A stretch of DNA of 64,000 nucleotides. It comes from an uncultured virus (IMG/VR IMGVR_UViG_3300007734_000750). Its lineage: Duplodnaviria; Heunggongvirae; Uroviricota; Caudoviricetes. Location of the stretch: the IMG/VR virus record IMGVR_UViG_3300007734_000750; one strand, given 5' to 3'. Position 1 is the first letter of the stretch. Every line of letters begins with the position of its first letter. A model generated the notes under the pieces. The model did not search any database and was not told where the DNA came from. It saw only the letters and a program-made list of their open reading frames with translations. This document shows positions 1 through 8,629 of the stretch, piece by piece. The position numbers and the translations under genes were made by a program.

Positions 1-72
1 ACTGTAATAGTCCGGTGTATAAGAAAATTGGGGAAGCTATTGATAATATATTGTTGTGATATATTTATTGAT

Positions 73-465
73 ATGAAAATAATAATAACTGAGAGTAAAT
101 TACATCAAGCTGTTATTGACTACTTGAACGAAACATATGACACCAATAACATTGGTTGGTCATATGGTATTGATGATTGGGGTAATGAAGTGGACTACGC
201 AATTGAATTTTATGAAGGAGATTACGAAGAAGGTGATAATACCGTATTCAGATGGTATGGTGAAGATTATTGGACTGGTGAAGAAAGTGAATTATGGACT
301 GACGAATATATTAATGAGATGAAAAATAAATCACCACAATTGGAAATTTATGATAATACGGTTTATACAACACTAAATGGTTATTTCAATGATAAATGGT
401 ACCAACCATTTATTGATTGGTTTTGGGATAAATTCCACTTACCGGTTAAGACAATCAATAAGTAG
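73..465 (+). CDS. hypothetical protein, MKIIITE N-terminal family
   Basis: ATG at 73 just after TATTTAT motif; begins MKIIITESKL; C-terminus resembles ORFs 7641 and 28862. Confidence 0.8.
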   Translation: MKIIITESKLHQAVIDYLNETYDTNNIGWSYGIDDWGNEVDYAIEFYEGDYEEGDNTVFRWYGEDYWTGEESELWTDEYINEMKNKSPQLEIYDNTVYTTLNGYFNDKWYQPFIDWFWDKFHLPVKTINK

Positions 466-561
466 TGGAAAATAATTGACAAAATACCCATTTTAATGGA
501 AAATAACCTCTTATTTAGGGGTTTTTTTGGTTTTTAGTGGAAAATACCTTATATTTATAGT

Positions 562-723
562 ATGATATACCTTATTCTTTATATTAAAATTGGTCTAATA
601 TTCACATTCATTTTCGCAATAATAATGGGTATTACAGGTGAAGATGTCACACTTCAGGATATTTTGGTTACAACATTTTTTTATCCGCTTGTAATTTATC
701 ATTTATTAACAAGTAACTTTTAA
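562..723 (+). CDS. small membrane protein (53 aa)
   Basis: own translation MIYLILYIKIGLIFTFIFAII...; two hydrophobic stretches; TATTTAT upstream. Confidence 0.5.
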   Translation: MIYLILYIKIGLIFTFIFAIIMGITGEDVTLQDILVTTFFYPLVIYHLLTSNF

Positions 724-788
724 AAAATTGAGATATTTATAAAAACTAGAGCTTTATTATTCTAGCTTTAATAATTAAATTATTTATT

Positions 789-1022
789 ATGAATAAATTA
801 TTATTAGTTCTTAGCTTATTTTTATTACTAGTATCCTGCGATGGATACCAGATGGTAACCTATAATCCAGGTTATAAACCTGCTCCGGTTATACGATATA
901 ACTACCCTCCATATTATTACAATCCACCGGTGGTTCATTATTATAATGTTCCCCATTATTACAATCCTCCTCATTATGGTGGATATGGTGGAGGTCATCA
1001 TTATGGTGGCGGAAGACGATAA
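789..1022 (+). CDS. small Pro/Tyr/Gly-rich lipoprotein
   Basis: signal peptide with LLVSC lipobox; YYNPP repeats. Confidence 0.65.
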   Translation: MNKLLLVLSLFLLLVSCDGYQMVTYNPGYKPAPVIRYNYPPYYYNPPVVHYYNVPHYYNPPHYGGYGGGHHYGGGRR

Positions 1023-1075
1023 AAAAATACCCTCCTTTATTGGGGGGTTTTTTATTTCCCCTAATATTTATCAAT

Positions 1076-2197
1076 ATGAAAATTAGAATTAAAGAATCTC
1101 AATATACAAAATTGAACGAAGCTGTCGGTGTTCCAACTAATATCGTTTCGGTTGCCCAACAACTATACGACAAAATGATGTCGGAACTTAAACCTAAAAA
1201 AAATCTCCATTCATTACTTAACAAAGATATTGTTTTAAAGGGGGGGTTCCAAATTAACGATTATAAATTTAAAACAATAAAAATATCTTTTAATGTTGAT
1301 GACATTAATGATTATAATTTACCGGAAGGTCAAAACCCTAAAGTGTTAATGACAAGTATGACCCATCACGGAAGGGTTGAAATGAATGCTAAGTTTAATT
1401 ATGAACGAAAACAAGATATTAATAATGTTGAACTATCAATTAATTTTGCGATAGATAATAATACAACAACTCAAGAAGTGATTGATGAGTTCAAGAAAGA
1501 GAGAACCTTAATGATTTCAAGTTTGGCTCACGAATTAAAACACGCTTACGATGAATCTGTTAAGCCAATAGTTAATACGCATAAGAGAGTTGATTATCAG
1601 ATTGGTTCTCAGAGAAGGTTTGGTGACATTCCACCATTAAATGATTTATTAGGTTATATGTATTTTGCTCACACCACAGAAAACTTGGTTAGGGCGACTG
1701 AGTTGTATGCTGCATTGGAAGAGAGTGGGATTTCAAAAAAGGACTTTTACAAATTTATAACAAACCACAAAGTTTATTTAAATTATAAAAAGGGGGCTAA
1801 TTTAACATATGAAGGATTAAAAGAAGATTTAAAAGAAATCATTCCACTAATTAAAGAAACATTTGATGATAATAATATTGATTATCCTGAAGACGCATCC
1901 GATGATGAAATGGTTGAATTTACATTACAACAATTCTTTAAAATATTATTACAATGGAAGGGTGGTTTAATGAACGATTTTCTATCCAATGGTGATTTTA
2001 TGGAAAAGCTGTTTGGATTCAGAGGTGCCAAACAAAGATATTTTGATAAGTATCTTAGTAAGATTACCAGATTTGGTGGTGACTATGAAAGATTCTTCCG
2101 ATATGAAATCAATCAAACAAGAAACATTTGTTTTAAGATGATGAAAAAAATAAGTAAAATATATTCCCTAATAAAAGACAAAAACCCCTCAACATAG
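1076..2197 (+). CDS. HExxH zincin-like protein
   Basis: LAHELKH plus downstream E; start MKIRIKESQ after TATTTAT. Confidence 0.7.
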   Translation: MKIRIKESQYTKLNEAVGVPTNIVSVAQQLYDKMMSELKPKKNLHSLLNKDIVLKGGFQINDYKFKTIKISFNVDDINDYNLPEGQNPKVLMTSMTHHGRVEMNAKFNYERKQDINNVELSINFAIDNNTTTQEVIDEFKKERTLMISSLAHELKHAYDESVKPIVNTHKRVDYQIGSQRRFGDIPPLNDLLGYMYFAHTTENLVRATELYAALEESGISKKDFYKFITNHKVYLNYKKGANLTYEGLKEDLKEIIPLIKETFDDNNIDYPEDASDDEMVEFTLQQFFKILLQWKGGLMNDFLSNGDFMEKLFGFRGAKQRYFDKYLSKITRFGGDYERFFRYEINQTRNICFKMMKKISKIYSLIKDKNPST

Positions 2198-2280
2198 TTG
2201 GGGGTTTCTTTTTTACATCAAGATGTTGTCCGCGTTGTTAGATGGTAAGTAACCAAATAACCAATTTAATAGTTTCTTCA

Positions 2281-2622
2281 TTAGATTGAGATTGAGTAAG
2301 TAGTTTTAAAATTATTGTTTTTATAATTTTCATTAGGTGTTAAATCCCCAACTTGAAGGTCACCTTCAAAATAGTTTTGATAAGAACCCCAATACTCTTC
2401 CATTTCCCCATTTTTTAAATCATACAGAGCATCTTGTGTCTCCTCGTCAAATGATAGTTCTCCTTCTCCATCAACCCATTCATCTAAATTGTCGTAGATG
2501 TATTGTAAGAACTCTTCTTCAGTTTCTCCCTTGAAGTCAGGGAATTTTTCGCTGTCTAACTCCACCGGAGAGTTTGCGTTGTGGGAGGTGTAATACTCCG
2601 TTTTTCTAAAATGTGATTTCAT
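2281..2622 (-). CDS. hypothetical acidic protein
   Basis: ORF in minus-strand operon with clpP. Confidence 0.7.
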   Translation of the reverse strand: MKSHFRKTEYYTSHNANSPVELDSEKFPDFKGETEEEFLQYIYDNLDEWVDGEGELSFDEETQDALYDLKNGEMEEYWGSYQNYFEGDLQVGDLTPNENYKNNNFKTTYSISI

Positions 2623-2623
2623 A

Positions 2624-2959
2624 TTATTTTGATTTAAATTTTTCTCCTTTAACTTTCACCCATTCCAAGTCACCATCTAAGATTAACACATCGCTATATG
2701 ATGGGACATCGTTAGTATTTTCCTCGGTGTGTTTATCATTATAATCATCTCCAATAGATGGGATAACTTTAACAAAATCAGAACCTTCTTCAATGATTGT
2801 TATTTTCCAATCACCATTATATAAAATAGTTCCTTTAGTTCCTAATGAAGTTTTAAACTTGATAGGTTTTCTTTCGGCAGAGTAAGCCTCAACCTCATCA
2901 CTAATTTGTCCGTCAATTTCAATTAAATCATCGGACGCTCCGTAAATTCTTGTAATCAT
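2624..2959 (-). CDS. hypothetical protein (YGASDDLIE motif)
   Basis: ORF; N-terminal motif seen in phage hypotheticals. Confidence 0.7.
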   Translation of the reverse strand: MITRIYGASDDLIEIDGQISDEVEAYSAERKPIKFKTSLGTKGTILYNGDWKITIIEEGSDFVKVIPSIGDDYNDKHTEENTNDVPSYSDVLILDGDLEWVKVKGEKFKSK

Positions 2960-2960
2960 A

Positions 2961-3695
2961 TTATTTTTTTAAAATTTCTTTAGAGTAGAACTCGTCGAAC
3001 CCAACCATCATTTCTGTCATAGATTTGTTTGTCTCTAATCCAACAATGTTATCAATTAAACCAAATGCTTTCGCCTCATCTGAGTTGAACCATTTGTCAT
3101 TTCTTGATGACTCATACATCTCGTCAAATGTTTTCCCACAATTTTCCGCCAAGATTTTGAATAACATATAGTTATATTTCTCTGCCTCCAATTGATTGAT
3201 ACGAGTATCCTGAACATTTCCTTGTGTTCCGTGAGACACCATATGTGTCATAATTTTTGAGAAGATTAATGAACTTCTTTTTCCTTTTGCTCCTGATGAT
3301 ACCAATACTGAACCCATTGACGCGCACATCCCAACATTTAATGTTGCAACATCCGGTTTGATGTAGTTCATCGTATCTCTGATTCCAAGACCTGATAATA
3401 CACTTCCACCCGGAGTGTCAAGATACATACTGATATCTTTTTTATCTGTGGTTTCCAAGAAGATAAGTTGAGCTTGGATGATAGATGCCATCTGACTCTC
3501 AACCGGTCCGGAAACCCAAATAATACGGTCCATCATAAGTCGGGAGAAAATATCAAGTTGAGTTGCTCTCATCTCTCTTTCTTCCAAAATGTATGGAGTA
3601 ACACTCTCAATGTGTTTTTGGTAGTAATCCAAGTTAAGACCTGAGATACCTCTGTCGCTCATCGCGAACTTTTTAAAATCGTTTCCGTAATTCAT
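2961..3695 (-). CDS. clpP: ATP-dependent Clp protease proteolytic subunit
   Basis: DIFSRLMMDRII, TPGGSV, GMCASMG (catalytic Ser), IMTH. Confidence 0.95.
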   Translation of the reverse strand: MNYGNDFKKFAMSDRGISGLNLDYYQKHIESVTPYILEEREMRATQLDIFSRLMMDRIIWVSGPVESQMASIIQAQLIFLETTDKKDISMYLDTPGGSVLSGLGIRDTMNYIKPDVATLNVGMCASMGSVLVSSGAKGKRSSLIFSKIMTHMVSHGTQGNVQDTRINQLEAEKYNYMLFKILAENCGKTFDEMYESSRNDKWFNSDEAKAFGLIDNIVGLETNKSMTEMMVGFDEFYSKEILKK

Positions 3696-3919
3696 TATGC
3701 TGTTTGTTTTGTTGGGACTAATGTTAATGCTTTTGCAACGGCAGCATCTTTGGATTTTAATCCTTTCTCAACAAGTTTTCCGTTTTTATAGATTCGGAAA
3801 TCATAAGTCATTGAATATCCGTGTTTTTTTGTTGTGTCCGGTTTTTTTGTTGCCAATACATAAATGTCGTTAAGACCCACTTTAACAACATACTTCCCTT
3901 TTGAACTTGGTTTTCCCAT
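3695..3919 (-). CDS. small basic hypothetical protein
   Basis: start MGKPSSK; TATCTTTG promoter on minus strand near 3950. Confidence 0.65.
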   Translation of the reverse strand: MGKPSSKGKYVVKVGLNDIYVLATKKPDTTKKHGYSMTYDFRIYKNGKLVEKGLKSKDAAVAKALTLVPTKQTA

Positions 3920-4018
3920 TTTTAAATGTTTTAGATTATTAATATTGGACAAAGATATACAAAAAATCTTATTACAACAACTTTTTATTGAAAATATTTT
4001 TATTATACTTGTGGTATT

Positions 4019-4252
4019 ATGGACCAAAAAAGATTTGAAAAAATATTACACTCATTATATCCCAATCTTACAATTACAGATTATAAATTATGGGATAGAT
4101 ATACGGTTGATGATGATGGTAAATTTATTATACCAAATAAACCGGCAATATTTGTTGAGGTTAAAGGTGAGTATGAAAATGTGGGTGTTAGTATTGGTGA
4201 AGATATTAGTCGTATGACGGGGTTAGAAGTTATTATAGATAAATTTGAATAA
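4019..4252 (+). CDS. hypothetical protein
   Basis: first ORF of a tightly packed plus-strand run. Confidence 0.65.
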   Translation: MDQKRFEKILHSLYPNLTITDYKLWDRYTVDDDGKFIIPNKPAIFVEVKGEYENVGVSIGEDISRMTGLEVIIDKFE

Positions 4253-4657
4253 ATGAAAAAACCGGATTTAGTTGTTTGGAGTGAGAAAGATGGTTACGAT
4301 GCAAAATTAAAGTCGTATCCAACAAGTGCAGGTGGTCAAGGTTTTGATTTACCGAATGTCCCTTTGTTTAGAAGTTTATCATCAAAAAAGATGATGGATG
4401 TCTTTAATAGAGAACAACAAGAGATAAGAGAACGGATTGAAAAGATGTATGATGAGTATAATACTTCTATTATGGTGTGGGAATCTAAAATTTCTTTTGA
4501 GCCGATAGTTGGAAAGTCATATTTTTTATATAACTTTGCAGGAGAATTAACATTATCACTTATTGCACCAAATGAATGGGGTAGAGGAAAAGATTTTGTT
4601 GGTGAATATATTTTAAACTCGGATAACAAATGGATAACAAAAAAGAAGAAATTGTAA
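4253..4657 (+). CDS. DUF2452-like protein
   Basis: YPT...F and FEPIVGKSYFLY...LSLIAPNEW motifs recalled for this Bacteroidota family. Confidence 0.6.
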   Translation: MKKPDLVVWSEKDGYDAKLKSYPTSAGGQGFDLPNVPLFRSLSSKKMMDVFNREQQEIRERIEKMYDEYNTSIMVWESKISFEPIVGKSYFLYNFAGELTLSLIAPNEWGRGKDFVGEYILNSDNKWITKKKKL

Positions 4658-5037
4658 ATTACCACTTATCAATGGGACAAGAAATAAGTGAGGTTGAATT
4701 AAACGAAATTACGAAAAAAAAAGAATACATATTATGTGCAGCAATTTGGTATAAAGACATACCTTTGCAAAAAGTAATTGAAGGTGTTCTTCCAAAGAAT
4801 TGTGATAGAGGGTTGGTAGTGTTAGGACATAGACACGGACAATGTATGTGGACGATGAGTAGTTTAACAGGATTAAGGACTTGTACATTTGGTGAAGATT
4901 GTTCCGGAGAACACGAACAAGGGTTCTTAACAAACACAAATAGATTTGTTGATAGAGAAGAAGGTGGTCAAATAGCGTTTGATGCCGGTCAAACGGAAGA
5001 TTTAAGAACTACATTATATTCAGAAGATTTATATTAA
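4630..5037 (+). CDS. conserved phage hypothetical protein
   Basis: ILCAAIW, GHRH, EQGFLTNTNRFVDREE, LYSEDLY motifs. Confidence 0.75.
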   Translation: MDNKKEEIVNYHLSMGQEISEVELNEITKKKEYILCAAIWYKDIPLQKVIEGVLPKNCDRGLVVLGHRHGQCMWTMSSLTGLRTCTFGEDCSGEHEQGFLTNTNRFVDREEGGQIAFDAGQTEDLRTTLYSEDLY

Positions 5038-5041
5038 AAGT

Positions 5042-5257
5042 ATGTGTAAGAAATCCTGTAAAGAATGTCCCTGGACTAATAGGAATCAGTTTAACGATAT
5101 GATTATTGGACATTCAATAAAATACGACAAGTCCCACAATTGTCATATGATACCTCAGGATAAAAGAGGTGGTCTGTGGGAAACAAAAGAAGAAACAAAA
5201 TGTATTGGTAGAAAACAATTTGAAAAACAAAAAGAAGATGGAGAAAGAATTTATTGA
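5042..5257 (+). CDS. Cys-rich small protein
   Basis: CKECPW ... HNCH ... CIG. Confidence 0.65.
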   Translation: MCKKSCKECPWTNRNQFNDMIIGHSIKYDKSHNCHMIPQDKRGGLWETKEETKCIGRKQFEKQKEDGERIY

Positions 5258-5621
5258 GTATGAACAAGCACTTGCTTTAAAAGAATTAGGATTTAATGAA
5301 CCTTGTTTGGCTTTTAGAGATTTTGGATATTCTTTAGAAATTGGAGATATAACTAAAAATTCATCGTGGTCTTCCGAAATTATATCTGTTCCCCTTTACC
5401 AACAAGCTTTCAGATGGTTTAGAGAGAAACATAACTTTGATGTAGGTATTGCGAAAGATAGTCACGACATATATCATTTTCAAATTGATACTAATTATTA
5501 TGGTAATTGGATTTTACCAATATTTAATAGGAATTATGAAGAAGCAGAACTTGAATGTCTTAAAAAATTAATAGAAATAGTAAAAAACAAAAAAAAAGAT
5601 GAAAGCAACATTATCGTATAA
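5238..5621 (+). CDS. conserved phage hypothetical protein
   Basis: ALKELGFNEPC, PLYQQAFRWFREK, YEEAELECLKKLIEI. Confidence 0.75.
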   Translation: MEKEFIEYEQALALKELGFNEPCLAFRDFGYSLEIGDITKNSSWSSEIISVPLYQQAFRWFREKHNFDVGIAKDSHDIYHFQIDTNYYGNWILPIFNRNYEEAELECLKKLIEIVKNKKKDESNIIV

Positions 5622-5850
5622 CTTAAACGACCCCGATGACAGAATGGCTCACTTGAGAGCAGTTAAATCTATGGATATGGCATCCGCATTATTTGACATA
5701 ACAAGAAATTTAAGAAAGAAAATTCAAAACAGATATGAAGATATTGATAACACACATAACGATGTGTTTGACGGGATTGATGCTGTTTTTGATGAAATTT
5801 ACGATATTTTGGAAGATAACAACATAGATATAGATGAATTAATTAATTAA
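5599..5850 (+). CDS. hypothetical protein
   Basis: ORF overlapping the previous stop. Confidence 0.7.
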   Translation: MKATLSYNLNDPDDRMAHLRAVKSMDMASALFDITRNLRKKIQNRYEDIDNTHNDVFDGIDAVFDEIYDILEDNNIDIDELIN

Positions 5851-5853
5851 ATT

Positions 5854-6306
5854 ATGAAAAAGTTACTATTGTTATTTGTTCTATTGTTAGTGTCTTGCAC
5901 CATCCAACCCCCATACGAAGGTCCGATTAATAATACCGGACCAATTGTTGGTCAAAATCCTCCGGCAACAGGTGGAGTAATAACAGGTGAGAGTTTGGTT
6001 GGGACAACTTGGCGTATATTTTATTACCGAGTTGGTCCAACTAGTCAGGTAATGATGACTAACGACACATTAGTTTTTCTTACCTCATCAACATATACCT
6101 TTAATGGACAACAATCAACATATCATTTAACTCCAACCGGTTCCGGATATAATTTAAGTTTATATCAAACAACTTGGGGTAATTTGAGTGGTTCAATATT
6201 ATCAAACAATATAACTCAGGGTCAGATACTGGGAACCAAGTTCGTTGACATCTCGGTTGGGTCATCAAATACCACTGAATATTACTTGTGGATGAATAAA
6301 ATATAA
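5854..6306 (+). CDS. putative lipoprotein
   Basis: MKK-hydrophobic-LVSC lipobox. Confidence 0.7.
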   Translation: MKKLLLLFVLLLVSCTIQPPYEGPINNTGPIVGQNPPATGGVITGESLVGTTWRIFYYRVGPTSQVMMTNDTLVFLTSSTYTFNGQQSTYHLTPTGSGYNLSLYQTTWGNLSGSILSNNITQGQILGTKFVDISVGSSNTTEYYLWMNKI

Positions 6307-6351
6307 CGATGTCTCCGACATTAATGTCGGGGACATATTAAAAAACAAATT

Positions 6352-6789
6352 ATGAAAAAGATATTACTGATGTTCCTAATTGGAACAATGACAATGTTTT
6401 CACAAACAATAAAAGTGAGAGGGGTAACATTATCTTATGATAAGGTTAAGAAAATTATGACATTAACAACCACGCCAAAGATTATGTATACAAATGATAG
6501 GGATATGGATGTGAAGATTGAAATTAATAAAGAGTTTGCACTTCGTATGACAATCGGTGGGGTTAATTATTCCGTATCCGAACCTTATTTTGAACATAAA
6601 GGTCATAAAGAAGAAATGTTTTGGTATTTTACCACAACCTCACAAATTAAATATACGGAGATTAAAAAAAATTATGTTTATCAGTTCAGAGGTGTTGAGC
6701 CGGGTGAGGAATACATTTTGACCGTGAGTAATGTGTGTGATAACAAATATGTGACTAACGAACAAACAATGTCAATTCAAATCAATTAA
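6352..6789 (+). CDS. putative secreted protein
   Basis: signal peptide ending FS-Q, typical of Bacteroidota. Confidence 0.65.
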   Translation: MKKILLMFLIGTMTMFSQTIKVRGVTLSYDKVKKIMTLTTTPKIMYTNDRDMDVKIEINKEFALRMTIGGVNYSVSEPYFEHKGHKEEMFWYFTTTSQIKYTEIKKNYVYQFRGVEPGEEYILTVSNVCDNKYVTNEQTMSIQIN

Positions 6790-6790
6790 G

Positions 6791-7201
6791 ATGGAAAAGA
6801 AAATTAAAAGAGGAATAACAGCAAGCACATTTGATTTGCTTCACGCAGGTCATATCTTAATGTTAAAAGAGGCAAAATCAGTTTGTGATTATTTAATTGT
6901 TGCGTTACAGGTTAACCCAACAATAGATAGACCAACTAAAAATCAACCAATCCAATCGTTTTATGAAAGATGGGTTCAATTATCGGCGGTTAAATATGTG
7001 GATGAGATTATCCCATACACAACTGAATATGAGTTGGACACTATATTACAGAACTACGAAATTGACATTAGAATTTTAGGTGATGAGTATAAAGGTAGAG
7101 ATTTTACCGGAAGTTATTTAGATATGGAGTATCACTTTAATAAAAGAACTCACGGATATAGTTCAACAGAATTAAGAGAAAGGGTTTCAAATAATGGATG
7201 A
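6791..7201 (+). CDS. cytidylyltransferase (TagD/glycerol-3-phosphate CT-like)
   Basis: TFDLLHAGH (HxGH), ER, VDEII, RTHGYSST. Confidence 0.88.
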   Translation: MEKKIKRGITASTFDLLHAGHILMLKEAKSVCDYLIVALQVNPTIDRPTKNQPIQSFYERWVQLSAVKYVDEIIPYTTEYELDTILQNYEIDIRILGDEYKGRDFTGSYLDMEYHFNKRTHGYSSTELRERVSNNG

Positions 7202-7469
7202 ATTATTTAAAAAGTTTATGACCACCTCTGAAGGTGACCCCGATTTAATTTGGAATAAATGGCAATTTATTGATAAATTATTGTTTGACGATGAGTTCTA
7301 CCAAATGTGGGGTGAGAATTGTTGTGAGGAGTTGACTTACAAAGAAAGATATAAATTATGGTTCAGTAAAAACTATGAAACCGGAATGGAATATAATTTA
7401 GATATTGAACCTGATTTTGAAAATGATTATTATGAACCAACACCTAAAAGAAAATTATGTATATTATAG
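7194..7469 (+). CDS. hypothetical protein
   Basis: overlapping ORF in operon. Confidence 0.65.
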   Translation: MDELFKKFMTTSEGDPDLIWNKWQFIDKLLFDDEFYQMWGENCCEELTYKERYKLWFSKNYETGMEYNLDIEPDFENDYYEPTPKRKLCIL

Positions 7470-7648
7470 TTTGGAGAAATAGTCATAGAGAACCATTTAT
7501 TGATGTGGATTTTAGTCAATTTATGGAATCGTATTATAGTTACGAGGAGGCTAAGGCGGCTGCCGAAGAAATTGTTAAAAACGAAAACGAGGGTGACCCA
7601 AGTCCTTGGTATTTTGATTATAAAATTTATGAAGAATCAAATGGATAA
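7457..7648 (+). CDS. hypothetical protein
   Basis: overlapping ORF in operon. Confidence 0.6.
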   Translation: MYIIVWRNSHREPFIDVDFSQFMESYYSYEEAKAAAEEIVKNENEGDPSPWYFDYKIYEESNG

Positions 7649-8243
7649 ATTAGAAAAACTTTGTATCAAGTGGTTAAATGAGAATTTTAACCCGATGGAA
7701 CCATTCTTTATGAAAGAATACCCTGATTATGTTTTTCATATGAAAGATGGGAATTGTATCTTGCAACACAATAAAAAAAATGGGTATGTTTATGTGAGTT
7801 ATAGAGAAATTTGGAAGTTTTTTGAATCCTATTTTAGTATGACTAATCAACAAATTAAGGACATTACAAAGATATGGGTGGAGGAACACTACAAAGTGGG
7901 GATAACCACAACTATGATTTATGGGGATATACCATTCATAACGGTGGAGGAACACTACAAAGTGGGGGTGACATCAACAGCCAATTCGTTACTAACAGTA
8001 TTCAACAAGGTGGAGGAACACTACAAAGTGGGGGTGACATCAACTGGTTATTTTAGCTTCTGGAAAGATTGTTTGGTGGAGGAACACTACAAAATGGGGG
8101 TGACATCAACCTATAAGTCCTCTCCAATTTGGGATTTCGTGGTAGATGAACAATATCAAGAAATTCAAACCACCAATAACCAATTAGAATTTTACGATGA
8201 AAAGGATGTTGAAGAGTTATACGAACAAAATACAAATGAATAG
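7641..8243 (+). CDS. hypothetical protein whose C-terminal half is encoded by a repeat-spacer array
   Basis: ATG 7641; N-domain paralogous to ORF 28862; then VEEHYKxGxTxT + 10 variable aa with a 22-aa period. Confidence 0.8.
   Translation: MDKLEKLCIKWLNENFNPMEPFFMKEYPDYVFHMKDGNCILQHNKKNGYVYVSYREIWKFFESYFSMTNQQIKDITKIWVEEHYKVGITTTMIYGDIPFITVEEHYKVGVTSTANSLLTVFNKVEEHYKVGVTSTGYFSFWKDCLVEEHYKMGVTSTYKSSPIWDFVVDEQYQEIQTTNNQLEFYDEKDVEELYEQNTNE
7877..8176. CRISPR. CRISPR-like mini-array: four 36-bp repeats plus one degenerate, four 30-bp spacers, no cas genes in window
   Basis: GGTGGAGGAACACTACAAAGTGGGGGTGACATCAAC at 7943 and 8009; 1 mismatch at 8075; 4 mismatches at 7877; degenerate at 8141; spacers unrelated to each other. 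Confidence 0.7.
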
Positions 8244-8412
8244 AAAATTAGATATTAGTTGGAAATCTTATTCAAAAACCTTACCTTTGTCCAAAGAAAT
8301 CTATTTGGAAATATTTGGAGAACCAAAGACCCACGCAGAATGGGCGGATAGTTTTAATAAAATAGGGAGAATAAACAGATTAATAATAAAACACACAGAT
8401 GACATACGATGA
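8236..8412 (+). CDS. hypothetical protein
   Basis: ATG overlapping the upstream stop. Confidence 0.5.
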   Translation: MNRKLDISWKSYSKTLPLSKEIYLEIFGEPKTHAEWADSFNKIGRINRLIIKHTDDIR

Positions 8413-8629
8413 ATTAGAAATTTGGCAATCAGTCCAATACAGAATGGATGAAGAAGGGTTTGACTATTGCTTTGAAAGTTATTCCAATTGGGATGAAATC
8501 AAAGACGAGGAGTTCCACAGATTAAGATTGGGGTTCTTACAACATATGAAAGAACTTCGTGAATACATTGACAAAAAAGTTGAAGAAGGTGAAAACCTTG
8601 AATTAGATGGAGAATTAGAAGATGAATAA
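8399..8629 (+). CDS. hypothetical acidic protein
   Basis: ORF coupled to thyA. Confidence 0.7.
   Translation: MTYDELEIWQSVQYRMDEEGFDYCFESYSNWDEIKDEEFHRLRLGFLQHMKELREYIDKKVEEGENLELDGELEDE

Noticed and set aside
6309..6336. Palindrome ATGTCTCCGACAT-TA-ATGTCGGGGACAT
   Set aside because: Single copy in the window with no T-tract; cannot assign more than a hairpin.
8045..8074. Spacer 3 partial similarity to about 59393-59410 (tttagcttcttggaaa)
   Set aside because: Short, gapped and AT-rich; not a credible protospacer.
7877..8176. Diversity-generating retroelement explanation for the repeat array
   Set aside because: No reverse transcriptase in the window, and the spacers are unrelated sequences rather than A-mutated copies of a template.
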